Position numbers and translations under genes: made by a program. Below are positions 43,000 to 52,952 of a stretch of 64,000 bases of DNA, in pieces. Source of the stretch: an uncultured Nitrospiraceae bacterium (GTDB lineage: Bacteria > Nitrospirota > Thermodesulfovibrionia > Thermodesulfovibrionales > Dissulfurispiraceae); contig CAVSHF010000003.1 in the NCBI GenBank assembly GCA_963727805.1, forward strand, positions 1,888,001 through 1,952,000, given 5' to 3'. The notes beneath the pieces are model-generated. The model saw only the letters and a program-made list of their open reading frames with translations, did no database searches and had not been told where the DNA came from. Positions within the stretch are counted from its first letter, which is position 1; the number at the start of each line of letters is the position of its first letter.

Positions 43000-43761
43000 C
43001 TAATAATTTTCCAGATGATTTTTGTTCCAAACCATCTTGCACATTTCGTCACCTGCTTCATACCCTTCTCTGGCTAATTGTTTCGCTTTTAGAATATCTT
43101 TTGCGATCCCTAATCCAGATGCGTACATCATCGCGAGGCTACATTTCGCCTTAATATCGTTCTGCACAGCGGCGAGCTGAAACCATTTAAATGCTGCTTT
43201 GTCATCCTGCTCCACTCCCTGGCCATTCGCATACATCAACCCAAGATTATACTGAGCCGGTGCCAGCCCCTGTGCGGCAGCACGACGGAACCATTCGGCT
43301 GCCTTTTTATCATCTTGCTGCACCCCATGGCCGTTCCCGAACATAACGCCAAGATTATACTGGGCAGCAGAAAGTCCCTTTTCGGCAGCAACTTTATACC
43401 ATTTGACTGCTTCCTGGTCATCCTGTGCTACTCCCCAGCCTTCCTCATACATAATGCCGAGATTATACTGGGCAGCAGAAAGCCCCTTTTCAGCAGCAAC
43501 TTTATACCATTTGACAGCTTCTTTATAGTCCTTTATTACTCCTTGACCATTGGCATACATAAAGCCAAGTTTATACTGGGCACGCGCATTACCTTTTTGC
43601 GCCTCTTTAAGGAATATCTGGTAAGTAGCTGTATAATCCCCTTTGTTGTATGCTGCGACACCCTCTTCAAAATCCTCCGCAAATGACAATGAACAAGCGC
43701 AAACCACAACGCTTATCAATGAGCAAAATGACCATATCTTTATTTTCATCGTCTTCTCCAT
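43000..43761 (-). CDS. Secreted Sel1-like repeat protein
   Basis: Signal peptide; AQYNLG.MY..G.GV..D...A.KW repeats of 36 aa, two nearly identical at DNA level (108-bp offset). Confidence 0.95.
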   Translation of the reverse strand: MEKTMKIKIWSFCSLISVVVCACSLSFAEDFEEGVAAYNKGDYTATYQIFLKEAQKGNARAQYKLGFMYANGQGVIKDYKEAVKWYKVAAEKGLSAAQYNLGIMYEEGWGVAQDDQEAVKWYKVAAEKGLSAAQYNLGVMFGNGHGVQQDDKKAAEWFRRAAAQGLAPAQYNLGLMYANGQGVEQDDKAAFKWFQLAAVQNDIKAKCSLAMMYASGLGIAKDILKAKQLAREGYEAGDEMCKMVWNKNHLENY

Positions 43762-43808
43762 TAATACTGCCGCGGAACAGTACAGATCGAATATTTTGGA
43801 GCGTACAG

Positions 43809-44249
43809 TTATTGTTCTTTGAGGTTCAATAGTTTCTCGACAGTATCAAGTAAGACAGAGAATTCTGAACTTCTGACCACATAAGCATCCGGTTTATAGC
43901 CCCAGGCAAAAAAGTCTTCCTTATGCTCCAAAATAGTATAAATTATGAACGGCAAATGAGGATAAAGCTCTTTACATGTGTTTAAAAAATCAATCCCATT
44001 AATTTCGGCTTGCATAAGACTGGAAATTACGAGATCTGCTCTATTTGAGGACAAATAATCAAGGGCTGTTTTTGCGGCAGGGAAATGGACTAATCTTATT
44101 TTGTCGCCGAATCTGGCATTTAATTCCCTGGAACAAGCCTGGTAAGCGCCATGCTCTCTTTCCACGCAAACAATGACACATGTTTCACCAGACATGGCAT
44201 ATCTCACTCTGCTTTTTCCGCTGAAGTACTGGACTGATGCCTGGGTCAT
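43809..44249 (-). CDS. Single-domain atypical receiver protein
   Basis: ALDYL...ADLVISSL...NGIDFL...LPFIIYT...DAYVV; start may be 44195. Confidence 0.75.
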   Translation of the reverse strand: MTQASVQYFSGKSRVRYAMSGETCVIVCVEREHGAYQACSRELNARFGDKIRLVHFPAAKTALDYLSSNRADLVISSLMQAEINGIDFLNTCKELYPHLPFIIYTILEHKEDFFAWGYKPDAYVVRSSEFSVLLDTVEKLLNLKEQ

Positions 44250-44449
44250 AAGGGGTCTGAGACAATAACTTGGAGAGCATATTTAAATATTATAACAACT
44301 TTATGCCATATATAGAATACTGTTAACTCGATATTTTGTTGACTCAACTACCACTGGTGGGTTCTGCTCCGCAAAAAATCATCTCTGATAAGATCGGGAA
44401 ACACTAGTTCTCAGCCCCAAAACTTTTGATTTTAGCCGTTGTACTGCAT

Positions 44450-45223
44450 TTATATCAGCAGCGTATTCTCGTTTATTATCTCCTTGGCGAGTTCAGCGTA
44501 AGCTTTTGCACCGGGCGAACTGGGTGCATAAAGTGCCGCCGGCTTTCCATGCCCCGGCGCCTCTGCAAGAGTAATATTCCTCGGTATAACGGTATCGTAG
44601 ACCTTCGATTTAAAGACCTTTCTTACCTCGTCCGAGATCTGCTTGGAAAGCGATATATGTCTGTTATACATTGTAAGAAGTATCCCCTCAAGATCGAGGC
44701 CCTCGTTAAAGCTGCCCCGTATGCGCCACAAAAGTTTGATCAGAAGGCTCAGACCCTCAAGGGCGAAGTACTCGCACTGGACCGGGATGAGGACAGAGTT
44801 CGATGCGACAAGTGCATTAAGGGTAAGGAGCCCGAAGGAAGGTGGACAGTCAATAAGGATATAGCTGAATTCCTTTTTCAAGGGTTCGATGACGTGTCTC
44901 AGCGTCATCTCACGCTCGCTCCTTTCGAGAAGGTCAATCTCGGCGCCAAAGAGGTCCATGGTGGCAGAAACAACAAAAAGTCCAGGGATTTCTGTTGTTA
45001 GGACCGCTTCATGAACAGGAATTCCTCCGGCATAGATATCATAGAGGCCATACTTCATTTGCTCTTTTTTAATGCCTATCCCGCTGGTGAGGTTGCCCTG
45101 CGGATCAGAGTCAATTATAAGGACCTTCTCTTTTTCAAGAGCGAGATATGTCGAAAGGTTGAGAGCGGTAGTCGTCTTGCCGACGCCGCCTTTCTGATTC
45201 GTTACCGCAATTATTTTGCTCAC
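44450..45223 (-). CDS. parA: ParA/Soj family ATPase (orphan)
   Basis: NQKGGVGKTT, DSDPQGN, IDCPPS, PVQCEYFALEG, IPRNITLAEAP; GTG start overlaps the nifA stop. Confidence 0.9.
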   Translation of the reverse strand: MSKIIAVTNQKGGVGKTTTALNLSTYLALEKEKVLIIDSDPQGNLTSGIGIKKEQMKYGLYDIYAGGIPVHEAVLTTEIPGLFVVSATMDLFGAEIDLLERSEREMTLRHVIEPLKKEFSYILIDCPPSFGLLTLNALVASNSVLIPVQCEYFALEGLSLLIKLLWRIRGSFNEGLDLEGILLTMYNRHISLSKQISDEVRKVFKSKVYDTVIPRNITLAEAPGHGKPAALYAPSSPGAKAYAELAKEIINENTLLI

Positions 45224-46761
45224 GGCAGACTGTTCTGCAACCGATGAATATTGTACTTTTTTATCTTGTATCCAATCTGCCGGCACGAGAGCCCGAGTAG
45301 ACGAGCAGCCCTGGCCTGCACCCACCCGGTTTTTTTGAGCGCATCGAGTATTTTCGTCTTTTCGATATCCTCGATCGTTGACGGAAGCGCATCCTTGATC
45401 TGCACTCCGTAACGTGCTTTCATAGTTTGGTTCCTGATGGAAATCGGCAGTTCAGACTCGGTAATAGTGTTGCCTCTCGACATAACGACAATCCGCTCGA
45501 TGGTATTTTCGAGCTCTCTCACATTTCCCGGCCACTCATAGTTAAGCAGGATATCGAGGACATTTGGGGCAACGGTGACTGATTTCGCATTCTCCTCATT
45601 GAAACGCCGGAGAAAAAAATCGACGAGAATAGGGATGTCCTGCCTCCGTTCCATGAGCGGTGGCATCAAAATGGGAACGACATTCAGTCGATAATAGAGA
45701 TCCTCCCTGAATTTTCCACTTCGAACAAGCTCTTCAAGGTTTCTGCTCGTTGCCGCGATAAGACGTATATCGACCTTTATCGTCTTTTCTCCCCCGACCC
45801 TTTCGAATTCCTTTTCCTGGAGCACCCTGAGTATTTTAGGCTGGAGGGCGACCGGGAGGTCGCCGATCTCGTCGAGGAAGATCGTGCCACCGTCAGCAAG
45901 CTCGAAACGCCCTTTCCTCATTGCCATAGCGCCAGTAAAGGCACCTTTTTCGTGGCCGAAGAGCTCCGATTCGAGCAGTCCTTCCGGTATGGATGCACAG
46001 TTGAATTTAATAAAAGGCTCTTTCGACCGCGAGCTTATGTAATGAATCGCTTTGGCGACCAACTCTTTACCCGTACCGCTTTCGCCGAGCAGAAGTACAT
46101 TCGCTCGCGAAGGCGCCACTCGGTGGATCGACTCAAAGACCTCCTGCATTCGGTCCGATTGGCCGATGATGTTTTCGACTCTGTATTTACCTTTAAGCTG
46201 GAGCCTGAGGTTCTCCTTTTCCGCCTGAAATGCAGCGCGCTCCTTTTCGACCTCTTCGTAAAGCCTGATGGATTGGGCGAGAAGAGACGAAATTATCTTC
46301 AAAAGCCGGAGGTCCTCTTCGAAGGAGATCCCTTTGACAAAGAGACGGTCGACACTTAGAACACCGAGGATTTCGTTTTTGAATTTGATGGGGACGCAAA
46401 GAAAGGCGATATTTTCTTTTTTAATCATCTCTCTCGACCGCGTCCTGTTCAGGAAGAAAGGTTCCTCTCCGATGTTCGGGATAACAATAGGGGAGCCGTG
46501 CTTTGCGACCTGCCCGATAATGCCTTCTCCTATCCGATACCTACCTCTCTTGATCTCTTCCTCGGTCATACCGTACGCGGCGAGAATTGAAACCTCGGAA
46601 CCGTTACGGAGTGCGACGGTGCCGCGCTTCATATCGAGGTATTCCGACAAAACACGCATCACCCCCCTCAAGTTCGCCTTAAGATTCAATGAGGACCCAA
46701 GGAGTTTGCTGATTTCGTAGAGAGCAGTAATTTCGACCGTTTGTCCTGTGTTGCGTGTCAT
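45220..46761 (-). CDS. nifA: NifA-like sigma-54 activator (GAF-AAA+-HTH)
   Basis: GAF with GEGIIG..EPFFLNRT; GESGTGKE; ESELFGHEKGAFTGA; WVQARAARLLG..RQIGYKI. Confidence 0.8.
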   Translation of the reverse strand: MTRNTGQTVEITALYEISKLLGSSLNLKANLRGVMRVLSEYLDMKRGTVALRNGSEVSILAAYGMTEEEIKRGRYRIGEGIIGQVAKHGSPIVIPNIGEEPFFLNRTRSREMIKKENIAFLCVPIKFKNEILGVLSVDRLFVKGISFEEDLRLLKIISSLLAQSIRLYEEVEKERAAFQAEKENLRLQLKGKYRVENIIGQSDRMQEVFESIHRVAPSRANVLLLGESGTGKELVAKAIHYISSRSKEPFIKFNCASIPEGLLESELFGHEKGAFTGAMAMRKGRFELADGGTIFLDEIGDLPVALQPKILRVLQEKEFERVGGEKTIKVDIRLIAATSRNLEELVRSGKFREDLYYRLNVVPILMPPLMERRQDIPILVDFFLRRFNEENAKSVTVAPNVLDILLNYEWPGNVRELENTIERIVVMSRGNTITESELPISIRNQTMKARYGVQIKDALPSTIEDIEKTKILDALKKTGWVQARAARLLGLSCRQIGYKIKKYNIHRLQNSLP

Positions 46762-46770
46762 GGCGATTAT

Positions 46771-46817
46771 AGTTTAATGAAAAGTAACAATAATGTAAAG
46801 CCTGCTGACGTAATTGT
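46771..46817 (-). promoter_or_regulatory. Sigma-70-type nifA promoter with overlapping ACA-N4-TGT-like boxes
   Basis: TTTACA-N17-TAAACT on the minus strand; ACAATAATGT at 46787-46796 and ACGTAATTGT at 46808-46817. Confidence 0.55.
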
Positions 46818-46962
46818 AGGACTCACCGCATTCAACTGTGTCCCCGACCCCTGAAAGTCTTGACAAAGTCTTTGCAAGGATTGGATTTCTGATGTACCAT
46901 GAACTATACTTACGCGAGATTGTCTGGTAATTGATGGTATGCACTTTGTGAGAGGAGAAGTC

Positions 46963-47925
46963 ATGAAACATTTTTATGCTTTGCTTACCTTGTGCTACTT
47001 TTCGCTCTTAGTACTCGGTCAATGCCCCTCGTTTGCCGCAAACGAGGCAGTCCCCGGAAAGAAAGCCTCTCCGTCTGCCGCGCCCGTAATGCCTGCTAAG
47101 GCAGTCATGCACAATGATCAGGGCATTAGATTGTACGAAAAAGGTGATTTCGGCGCTGCGCTACTCGAATTCAATCGGGCGCTTGCAGAAGACCCCACAA
47201 ATGTAACTGTTTTAGTCAACCGCGGACTCACCTTTGCCAAGAGGGAGCAGTATAAAGGGGCAATCGAGAACTTCTATTATGCCCTGGATTTCGATAAAAA
47301 CAACGTGAGCGCCCTTAAGTATCTTGCCGCAGTCTACTTTCTGGCCGGAGAGTACGACAAGGCCATCAAGCTGTATGATAGGGTCACAACTTTGGATTCC
47401 TCCAGTTATGACGTTTATACGAAGCGCGGCATCGCCTATGCGGCGTTAGAGCGACACAATGCAGCCATTCAGGATTTCACCCGGACGCTGACTCTTACCT
47501 CAAAATATTTCCCGGCATACATCGGCCGCGGTCTCTCACTAACAACCAAAGGAAACTGTGCACAGGCTATTTCCGATTTCGACAATGCCGTCATGATGTC
47601 TCCCTACAACCCTTTCATCTATCTTGTGCGGTCGGAAGCCTACGCAAAATCTGGGGATTTTTCGAGCGCTCTTGTAGATCTGAATAAAACTTGTTCGCTT
47701 GGATATCTGACAGTATGCGAGTCTATCAGGCAGTCTAGGTTCGATATCGAGAATACTGAAGCATCGTTTGTCCTTCAGTATTCGTCGAAAAGAGGGGGAG
47801 AGGAACTCTATCTGTCGTCCCGCAAGAAGCTCGACTCCTTTTTCGCAACGACAGAGTCCACAGAGATGAAGAAGTTTTTTGATAACGACTTGCGCCCCTT
47901 ATCAATAGGGAGTGGCAATTACTGA
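46963..47925 (+). CDS. Secreted TPR repeat protein
   Basis: SD AGGAG, signal peptide, about six TPR repeats (NRG..AI.DF..AL). Confidence 0.88.
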   Translation: MKHFYALLTLCYFSLLVLGQCPSFAANEAVPGKKASPSAAPVMPAKAVMHNDQGIRLYEKGDFGAALLEFNRALAEDPTNVTVLVNRGLTFAKREQYKGAIENFYYALDFDKNNVSALKYLAAVYFLAGEYDKAIKLYDRVTTLDSSSYDVYTKRGIAYAALERHNAAIQDFTRTLTLTSKYFPAYIGRGLSLTTKGNCAQAISDFDNAVMMSPYNPFIYLVRSEAYAKSGDFSSALVDLNKTCSLGYLTVCESIRQSRFDIENTEASFVLQYSSKRGGEELYLSSRKKLDSFFATTESTEMKKFFDNDLRPLSIGSGNY

Positions 47926-47929
47926 CGAC

Positions 47930-48150
47930 CGAGACGGGAAAACATACTGCTTTGTGCAACCCCCAAGCGACTGCTTCAGGATTTCTCTCGGCAGTCCCAG
48001 CAAGACAATACACAAGAGCTTCTGCAAGTAGCTTTTGACATTTAATCCATCTTGAGTCGTGTCGGTATTGTATGCTGTTGGGACTCATGATTTGCGCGTA
48101 TTGTCTTGACTGGCAATCCCAGGGATAGCCAGCATGTCATAACGCGCCAT
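47930..48150 (-). pseudogene. Possible highly decayed REP-associated tyrosine transposase (Y1) fragment
   Basis: MARYDMLAIPGIA start; in another frame KCQKLLAEALVYCL and AWGLHK; weak similarity only. Confidence 0.25.
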
Positions 48151-48270
48151 TTTCAAATTGTTTTATTCAACCTTCCTTTATCTGTATAATTCAGGAGTGA
48201 TACCGGGTGCGAGTTTTCTGTTTCTCCTTGCAAAGTCTAAGCTGACCGGAAAACACTGAGGAACTATCAT

Positions 48271-49509
48271 ATGACGACGAAGTCCAGGGGAATAATTGGA
48301 GGTGGCATCTACACAACTATTGCTGCCACCAATCTCATCCCCGACACCAAGCTGCCATGCGACATATACTTCAGTAAGGGTGGCTTGATCACGTGCCTGT
48401 TTATGAAAGGAACGATCTTTTCCCACAAGGCACAGAATATTATCAGGAACAAATCAGGTCTTTACGTCAGGGCTGGGGACAAGGCATTGTTAAGGGAATA
48501 TATAGTCAGAGGCGGACAAGACCCCGCATCGGCTGAAACGCATAGTGAGACTAGAGTCCCCTTAGTTAATCTGCAAGACCTTTTTCAGATTGACCGCAAC
48601 GCGCTCGTGTCCCATTCTAAAATACCTTTTAATCTCTACCTCTTGAAACAGCAGGACGCAACGCTCCTCATCGAAGCCTCCCAAGAAAAGCCATCCCGTG
48701 TCGATGACCTGCTTCTTTCTGCACAAGGCGATTTACTCATCGTGAAATCTGACATGTCACTCTACCGAAATTACCTGAAGCAACACACGGTCAAGTTGAA
48801 CACAGTGTCGAAAAGGGTCGAATCTAAAGTAAAGGCAACCATCCTGAGGGAGAATTCCAAGTTGGTCATGCAGGAGATATTCGAAAACCCCAGAAATGAA
48901 GAGCTTATCAAGGCGTCCCAGGAGGAAGTCAATGGAGTTGTCGATGCTGTCATTAATGATAAAAACATTCTGTATGATCTTATCGAAATCAGGAATTACG
49001 ATTATTATACCTATACTCATTCGGTTAACGTGGCAGTGCTCGCCATAGGAGTTGGCATCAATACCGGCCTGTGCAGGGAAAACATCGAGCATCTTGGTAT
49101 CGGCGCCCTGCTGCACGACATCGGTAAAAGTTTAATCCCGACCGACATCGTGAATAAACCTGGCATGCTCGATGAGGCGGAATTTTCGATTATGAAGACT
49201 CACGTAACCGAAGGTGAAAAACTTCTGCGAGCACATGCTTCCGTGCAGTCCGAAGCATTTCCCGCATTACTTGAGCATCATGAAAAGCTGTCGGGTACCG
49301 GGTATCCTCGAGGACTGGCAGGAAGGGACATATCGCTGTTCGGAAGGATTGCATCGATTGTTGATGCCTATGATGCGCTCACAACCGGCAGGGCATACAG
49401 GGCTGCTTTCACGCCGTTTTATGCTCTTTCCGTGCTCACGCAGGAAACCCACGATTACGATCGAGACCTCCTCAGGACTCTTATCGAAATGCTTGGAAGG
49501 GTTCAATAG
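48271..49509 (+). CDS. HD-GYP domain c-di-GMP phosphodiesterase
   Basis: YTYTHSVNV, LLHDIGK, HHEKLSGTGYP, IVDAYDALT..R.YR. Confidence 0.92.
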   Translation: MTTKSRGIIGGGIYTTIAATNLIPDTKLPCDIYFSKGGLITCLFMKGTIFSHKAQNIIRNKSGLYVRAGDKALLREYIVRGGQDPASAETHSETRVPLVNLQDLFQIDRNALVSHSKIPFNLYLLKQQDATLLIEASQEKPSRVDDLLLSAQGDLLIVKSDMSLYRNYLKQHTVKLNTVSKRVESKVKATILRENSKLVMQEIFENPRNEELIKASQEEVNGVVDAVINDKNILYDLIEIRNYDYYTYTHSVNVAVLAIGVGINTGLCRENIEHLGIGALLHDIGKSLIPTDIVNKPGMLDEAEFSIMKTHVTEGEKLLRAHASVQSEAFPALLEHHEKLSGTGYPRGLAGRDISLFGRIASIVDAYDALTTGRAYRAAFTPFYALSVLTQETHDYDRDLLRTLIEMLGRVQ

Positions 49510-49715
49510 AATACCGCGCATTGGTTCTCTGCTACGGCTCCAAGATCATTGCGTCAATTCCGCACCATTGGCCCGATACGTTAACTATTGAATATCACCA
49601 TTCGGTCCGGAGATCATTAGCCAAATACTACTAATAGGTTTTTTATAGTGCACTGATAAGCCGAGTGTATTATACTCGTCTGGATACCCAAGTTATCGTA
49701 GATAAATAATAATTT

Positions 49716-50597
49716 CTAATCAAGGAGCAATTCGATAAATAACTCCGCAAATTCCTCAAATAGAGTTTCTGTTGTATTCTCTTTTGTACGGGGAATATCC
49801 ATGATTAACTGCTCGTTAAGAGCCTTGCTCATTTCTACAAAGAGCCTGCTCACATCTGCGCTGAATCCCATGCCAATGAGGGCCTTTTCAGTGTCCTCAT
49901 ACGAAAATTGCACATACTTAAGGCCGGGTTTATTCACCTGCTTAGCAATGACCCCAGCGACCTCATTCAACGAGATATCCCTCTGACCCAGCAGATCCTT
50001 TACCGAGGTTCCCGTATAGTCCTTTTTCATCAGGCGCTCTACAGCAAATTTTGCAATATCCTTCGTGGCAATCATTGGGAACTTCAAATCGCCCCTTATC
50101 GCCGATCCCATAATGCCCATATTTTTAATCATATCTATGTTTGCCAACACGTTTTCCATAAAGTACGTTGGCCTTATATGCAGTATATTGACGCCGTTAA
50201 GTTTGTTCAGACGCACCTCCTGATCATGCAGGCCCTTGATAGGGCCGGTTCCGTCGGGCAGATGTGCTCCCTGACTACTCAGGTTAACAATGTATTTCAC
50301 GCCGGACTTCTCAATGGCTTCAGCCAGGGAAGCTCCAATTGCGTTCTGATAGGCCCTAAAGTCAGGAGCGTTATAGTTTGGCGGGATCATCGCAAAAACG
50401 GTATCGGCACCTGAAAATGCCTTTATCAGTGAGCTCGTATCGGCCAGAGAGATTGTTGAGACTTCCGCTCCTTTGTCAGCAAACTCCTCAAGCTTTTCGG
50501 CTGTCCTCGCTACACATCTCACTTTTTGTCCTTGCAACAGAAGACTAGCCGCAATCTTGCTACCTATATGACCTGATGCCCCGGTTATAACGATCAT
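49716..50597 (-). CDS. NmrA-like NAD(P)-binding protein
   Basis: ITGASGHIG, LSSQGA, RPTYFMEN, IATKDIA. Confidence 0.9.
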   Translation of the reverse strand: MIVITGASGHIGSKIAASLLLQGQKVRCVARTAEKLEEFADKGAEVSTISLADTSSLIKAFSGADTVFAMIPPNYNAPDFRAYQNAIGASLAEAIEKSGVKYIVNLSSQGAHLPDGTGPIKGLHDQEVRLNKLNGVNILHIRPTYFMENVLANIDMIKNMGIMGSAIRGDLKFPMIATKDIAKFAVERLMKKDYTGTSVKDLLGQRDISLNEVAGVIAKQVNKPGLKYVQFSYEDTEKALIGMGFSADVSRLFVEMSKALNEQLIMDIPRTKENTTETLFEEFAELFIELLLD

Positions 50598-50658
50598 TAT
50601 TTGCTCCTTTTGAGTTTCTATACTTTAGCCATCTAAATCTTGGCTTGATTATTTTTAA

Positions 50659-50710
50659 ATTTTATCGGCAATCTTGTTATTTGTCAAAAGTAAACGACAA
50701 AGTAAACGAC
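50659..50710 (-). promoter_or_regulatory. Sigma-70 promoter with upstream 12-bp tandem repeat
   Basis: TTGACA-N17-TAAAAT (50687-50659); AAAGTAAACGAC x2 at 50687-50710. Confidence 0.6.
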
Positions 50711-50859
50711 TCTAGACCCTATCATCCTGCCATCAGGATTGTCAGACAACCTCTCACATGTAAATCAGACAAAGACCGATAGTTTGGCTGATAAAAGAGC
50801 ATTATGATATATACAACTGCATTCTCAAGGTAAATTCCTTTGTCAGCCGGAGGTGTAAA

Positions 50860-51150
50860 ATGACATGCCCGTGCTTTATTGCAGATTATGTTGGATTCTG
50901 CAATGCATCAGATGTTCTATATGTGCCTAGCATTAACGAATTAGAACAATTCTGTTTTACTCGCAGATTCGGTTCTTGCAAATTATTCGAAACCGATGGA
51001 TCGAAAAACGAAACAATCAACGGTAAATACAACAAGGCAAATATCGATCTTTGTCTAATAACTGGCCGTTATAAAGAAGGATCAAAGTCCCCGATAAATC
51101 CTCTAAGTAATGGCGGGGTACATCAAAAGTATCAGTCAGATATGTCATAG
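50860..51150 (+). CDS. Small Cys-motif hypothetical protein
   Basis: SD GGAGG; CPC..C.A....YVPS..E...FC.......C. Confidence 0.65.
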   Translation: MTCPCFIADYVGFCNASDVLYVPSINELEQFCFTRRFGSCKLFETDGSKNETINGKYNKANIDLCLITGRYKEGSKSPINPLSNGGVHQKYQSDMS

Positions 51151-51581
51151 GGTTGACTGCTGACACCTGCCATGGCAAGATAACAGGATCACACAGCAGC
51201 CAGATTTCCCTCGGCTTTCTTGTTTTTGAAACATTTCTTCAGCATGCCTGAGTGTTATGAATTCTGCTACCATCGGACGGTCATATCCCATAGCAACAGT
51301 GGACAACAGTCGTAATTCGGGAGTTTGTGCGACGGTCAATTACCGCCAGGTGCTTGCCATTCGAGAAACTGTCCAGGACCTCGTTAATGTAGCCAGGACT
51401 TTTCCCCAAAATTAAATCAGTTATAAACCCCTATTTCTTAGATAAGAGTTGTGAATGAGATGCAGGGATAAATTCTATGAAATATCGCGCTACTGCAGGG
51501 GTCGCACATTGATCTGGGGTACCCGAGGCTTTATAAGCTGTATTATTCCCTTCAATCTCGTTTATAATTTATATTGATAGT

Positions 51582-52937
51582 ATGAAATTCGAAGAACTAG
51601 AAATACCTGATGAAGTTCATGATGGAATAAGAGCGGCCGGCTTTACAGAGTGTACGCCGGTCCAGGCCATGACCCTCCCCGCAGCCTTGCAAGGTAAAGA
51701 CATTGCTGCTCAGGCACAGACCGGCACCGGCAAGACAGCGGCATTTCTTATCGCAATTTTTTCGCGGATGCTTGCCATCCCTGCTTCGGGTCGTGTCTCA
51801 TCGCCGCGAGTGCTCATCATCGCACCCACTCGCGAACTCGTCGCCCAAATAGATGCTGAGGCCAGGATACTGAGTGGTTCTACCGGATTCCGGATCGTTC
51901 CGGTTTTCGGTGGCATCGACTATGTGAAGCAGAGGAACGATCTCGCACGGGGCGTTGACGTGCTCATCGGGACCCCAGGCCGTCTTATCGATTACCTCAA
52001 GCAGCGAGTGTACAGTCTGAAGAATACCCAGTTCCTCGTCATAGACGAAGCGGACCGCATGTTCGATATGGGGTTTGTCGCCGATCTCAGGTTTCTGCTG
52101 AGACGGATGTCGCCCTATGACCAGCGCCAGTCAATGCTTTTCTCTGCAACTCTTTCACACCGCGTTATGGAACTCTCTCACGAATTCATGAATATGCCCG
52201 AAAAGTTTGTCGTGACGCCTGAACAGATGACGGTTGAACTGACCGAACAACAGATTTATCATGTTGGCAAAAGCGAGAAAGTCGGCCTTTTACTCGGCAT
52301 GATCAGGCGCGAGCCGGAAGGCCGCTATCTCGTCTTCTGCAATATGAAAGTAACGGCCGAACGTCTGAAACGTTTTTTGGACGCAAACAGTGTTGCCGCT
52401 GCAGCCATCACCGGCGACCTTCCACAGCACCAACGCCTGAAGGTGCTCGCGGATTTCAAGGCAGGCCAGTTCCCAGTCCTCATTGCGACTGATGTGGCGA
52501 GCCGCGGACTACACATCGAGGGAGTGACGCATGTTATCAACTACGACCTCCCCCAGGACCCACAGGATTATGTGCATCGAATCGGGAGGACTGGTCGCGC
52601 CGGCGCCGGAGGTAGAGCTATAAGCCTCGCATGCGAGGACTACATTTTCTCTCTCCCTGATATCGAGGACTTCATCAAGCAGAAGATACCGATCATGCCA
52701 CTCACAGACGAAATGGTCGTCACCGATTACAAGAAAGTCTCTGCCGGTCCACGCAGAAAAGGAATGCCTTCCGGCCAGAGGGGCCAGAGACCTACTGACA
52801 GGCGATCGGAACGGAAAGGCTATCAGGGGAAAAATACGTCGTCCGCGACTGCACCGGACTCGAAACCTCAGCCAGATAGACCACGCCGACGCCGCAAGCC
52901 CAGTGGGGAAAAGCCCGGCACAGAGAGCGGAAAGTAA
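51582..52937 (+). CDS. rhlB: DEAD-box RNA helicase (RhlB-like)
   Basis: AQTGTGKT, PTREL, DEAD, SAT, HRIGRTGR. Confidence 0.85.
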   Translation: MKFEELEIPDEVHDGIRAAGFTECTPVQAMTLPAALQGKDIAAQAQTGTGKTAAFLIAIFSRMLAIPASGRVSSPRVLIIAPTRELVAQIDAEARILSGSTGFRIVPVFGGIDYVKQRNDLARGVDVLIGTPGRLIDYLKQRVYSLKNTQFLVIDEADRMFDMGFVADLRFLLRRMSPYDQRQSMLFSATLSHRVMELSHEFMNMPEKFVVTPEQMTVELTEQQIYHVGKSEKVGLLLGMIRREPEGRYLVFCNMKVTAERLKRFLDANSVAAAAITGDLPQHQRLKVLADFKAGQFPVLIATDVASRGLHIEGVTHVINYDLPQDPQDYVHRIGRTGRAGAGGRAISLACEDYIFSLPDIEDFIKQKIPIMPLTDEMVVTDYKKVSAGPRRKGMPSGQRGQRPTDRRSERKGYQGKNTSSATAPDSKPQPDRPRRRRKPSGEKPGTESGK

Positions 52938-52952
52938 GGGAGGCTACCCATC

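Noticed and set aside
43250..43590. 108-bp periodic DNA repeats as a CRISPR or non-coding array
   Set aside because: Fully explained by Sel1 protein repeats; no spacers or cas genes
44294..44308. TGGCATAAAGTTGT as a sigma-54 promoter of the receiver gene
   Set aside because: Spacing is 9 and the -12 GC is missing
45220..46761. Evidence that the organism fixes nitrogen
   Set aside because: No nitrogenase genes in the window; a NifA-like regulator alone is insufficient
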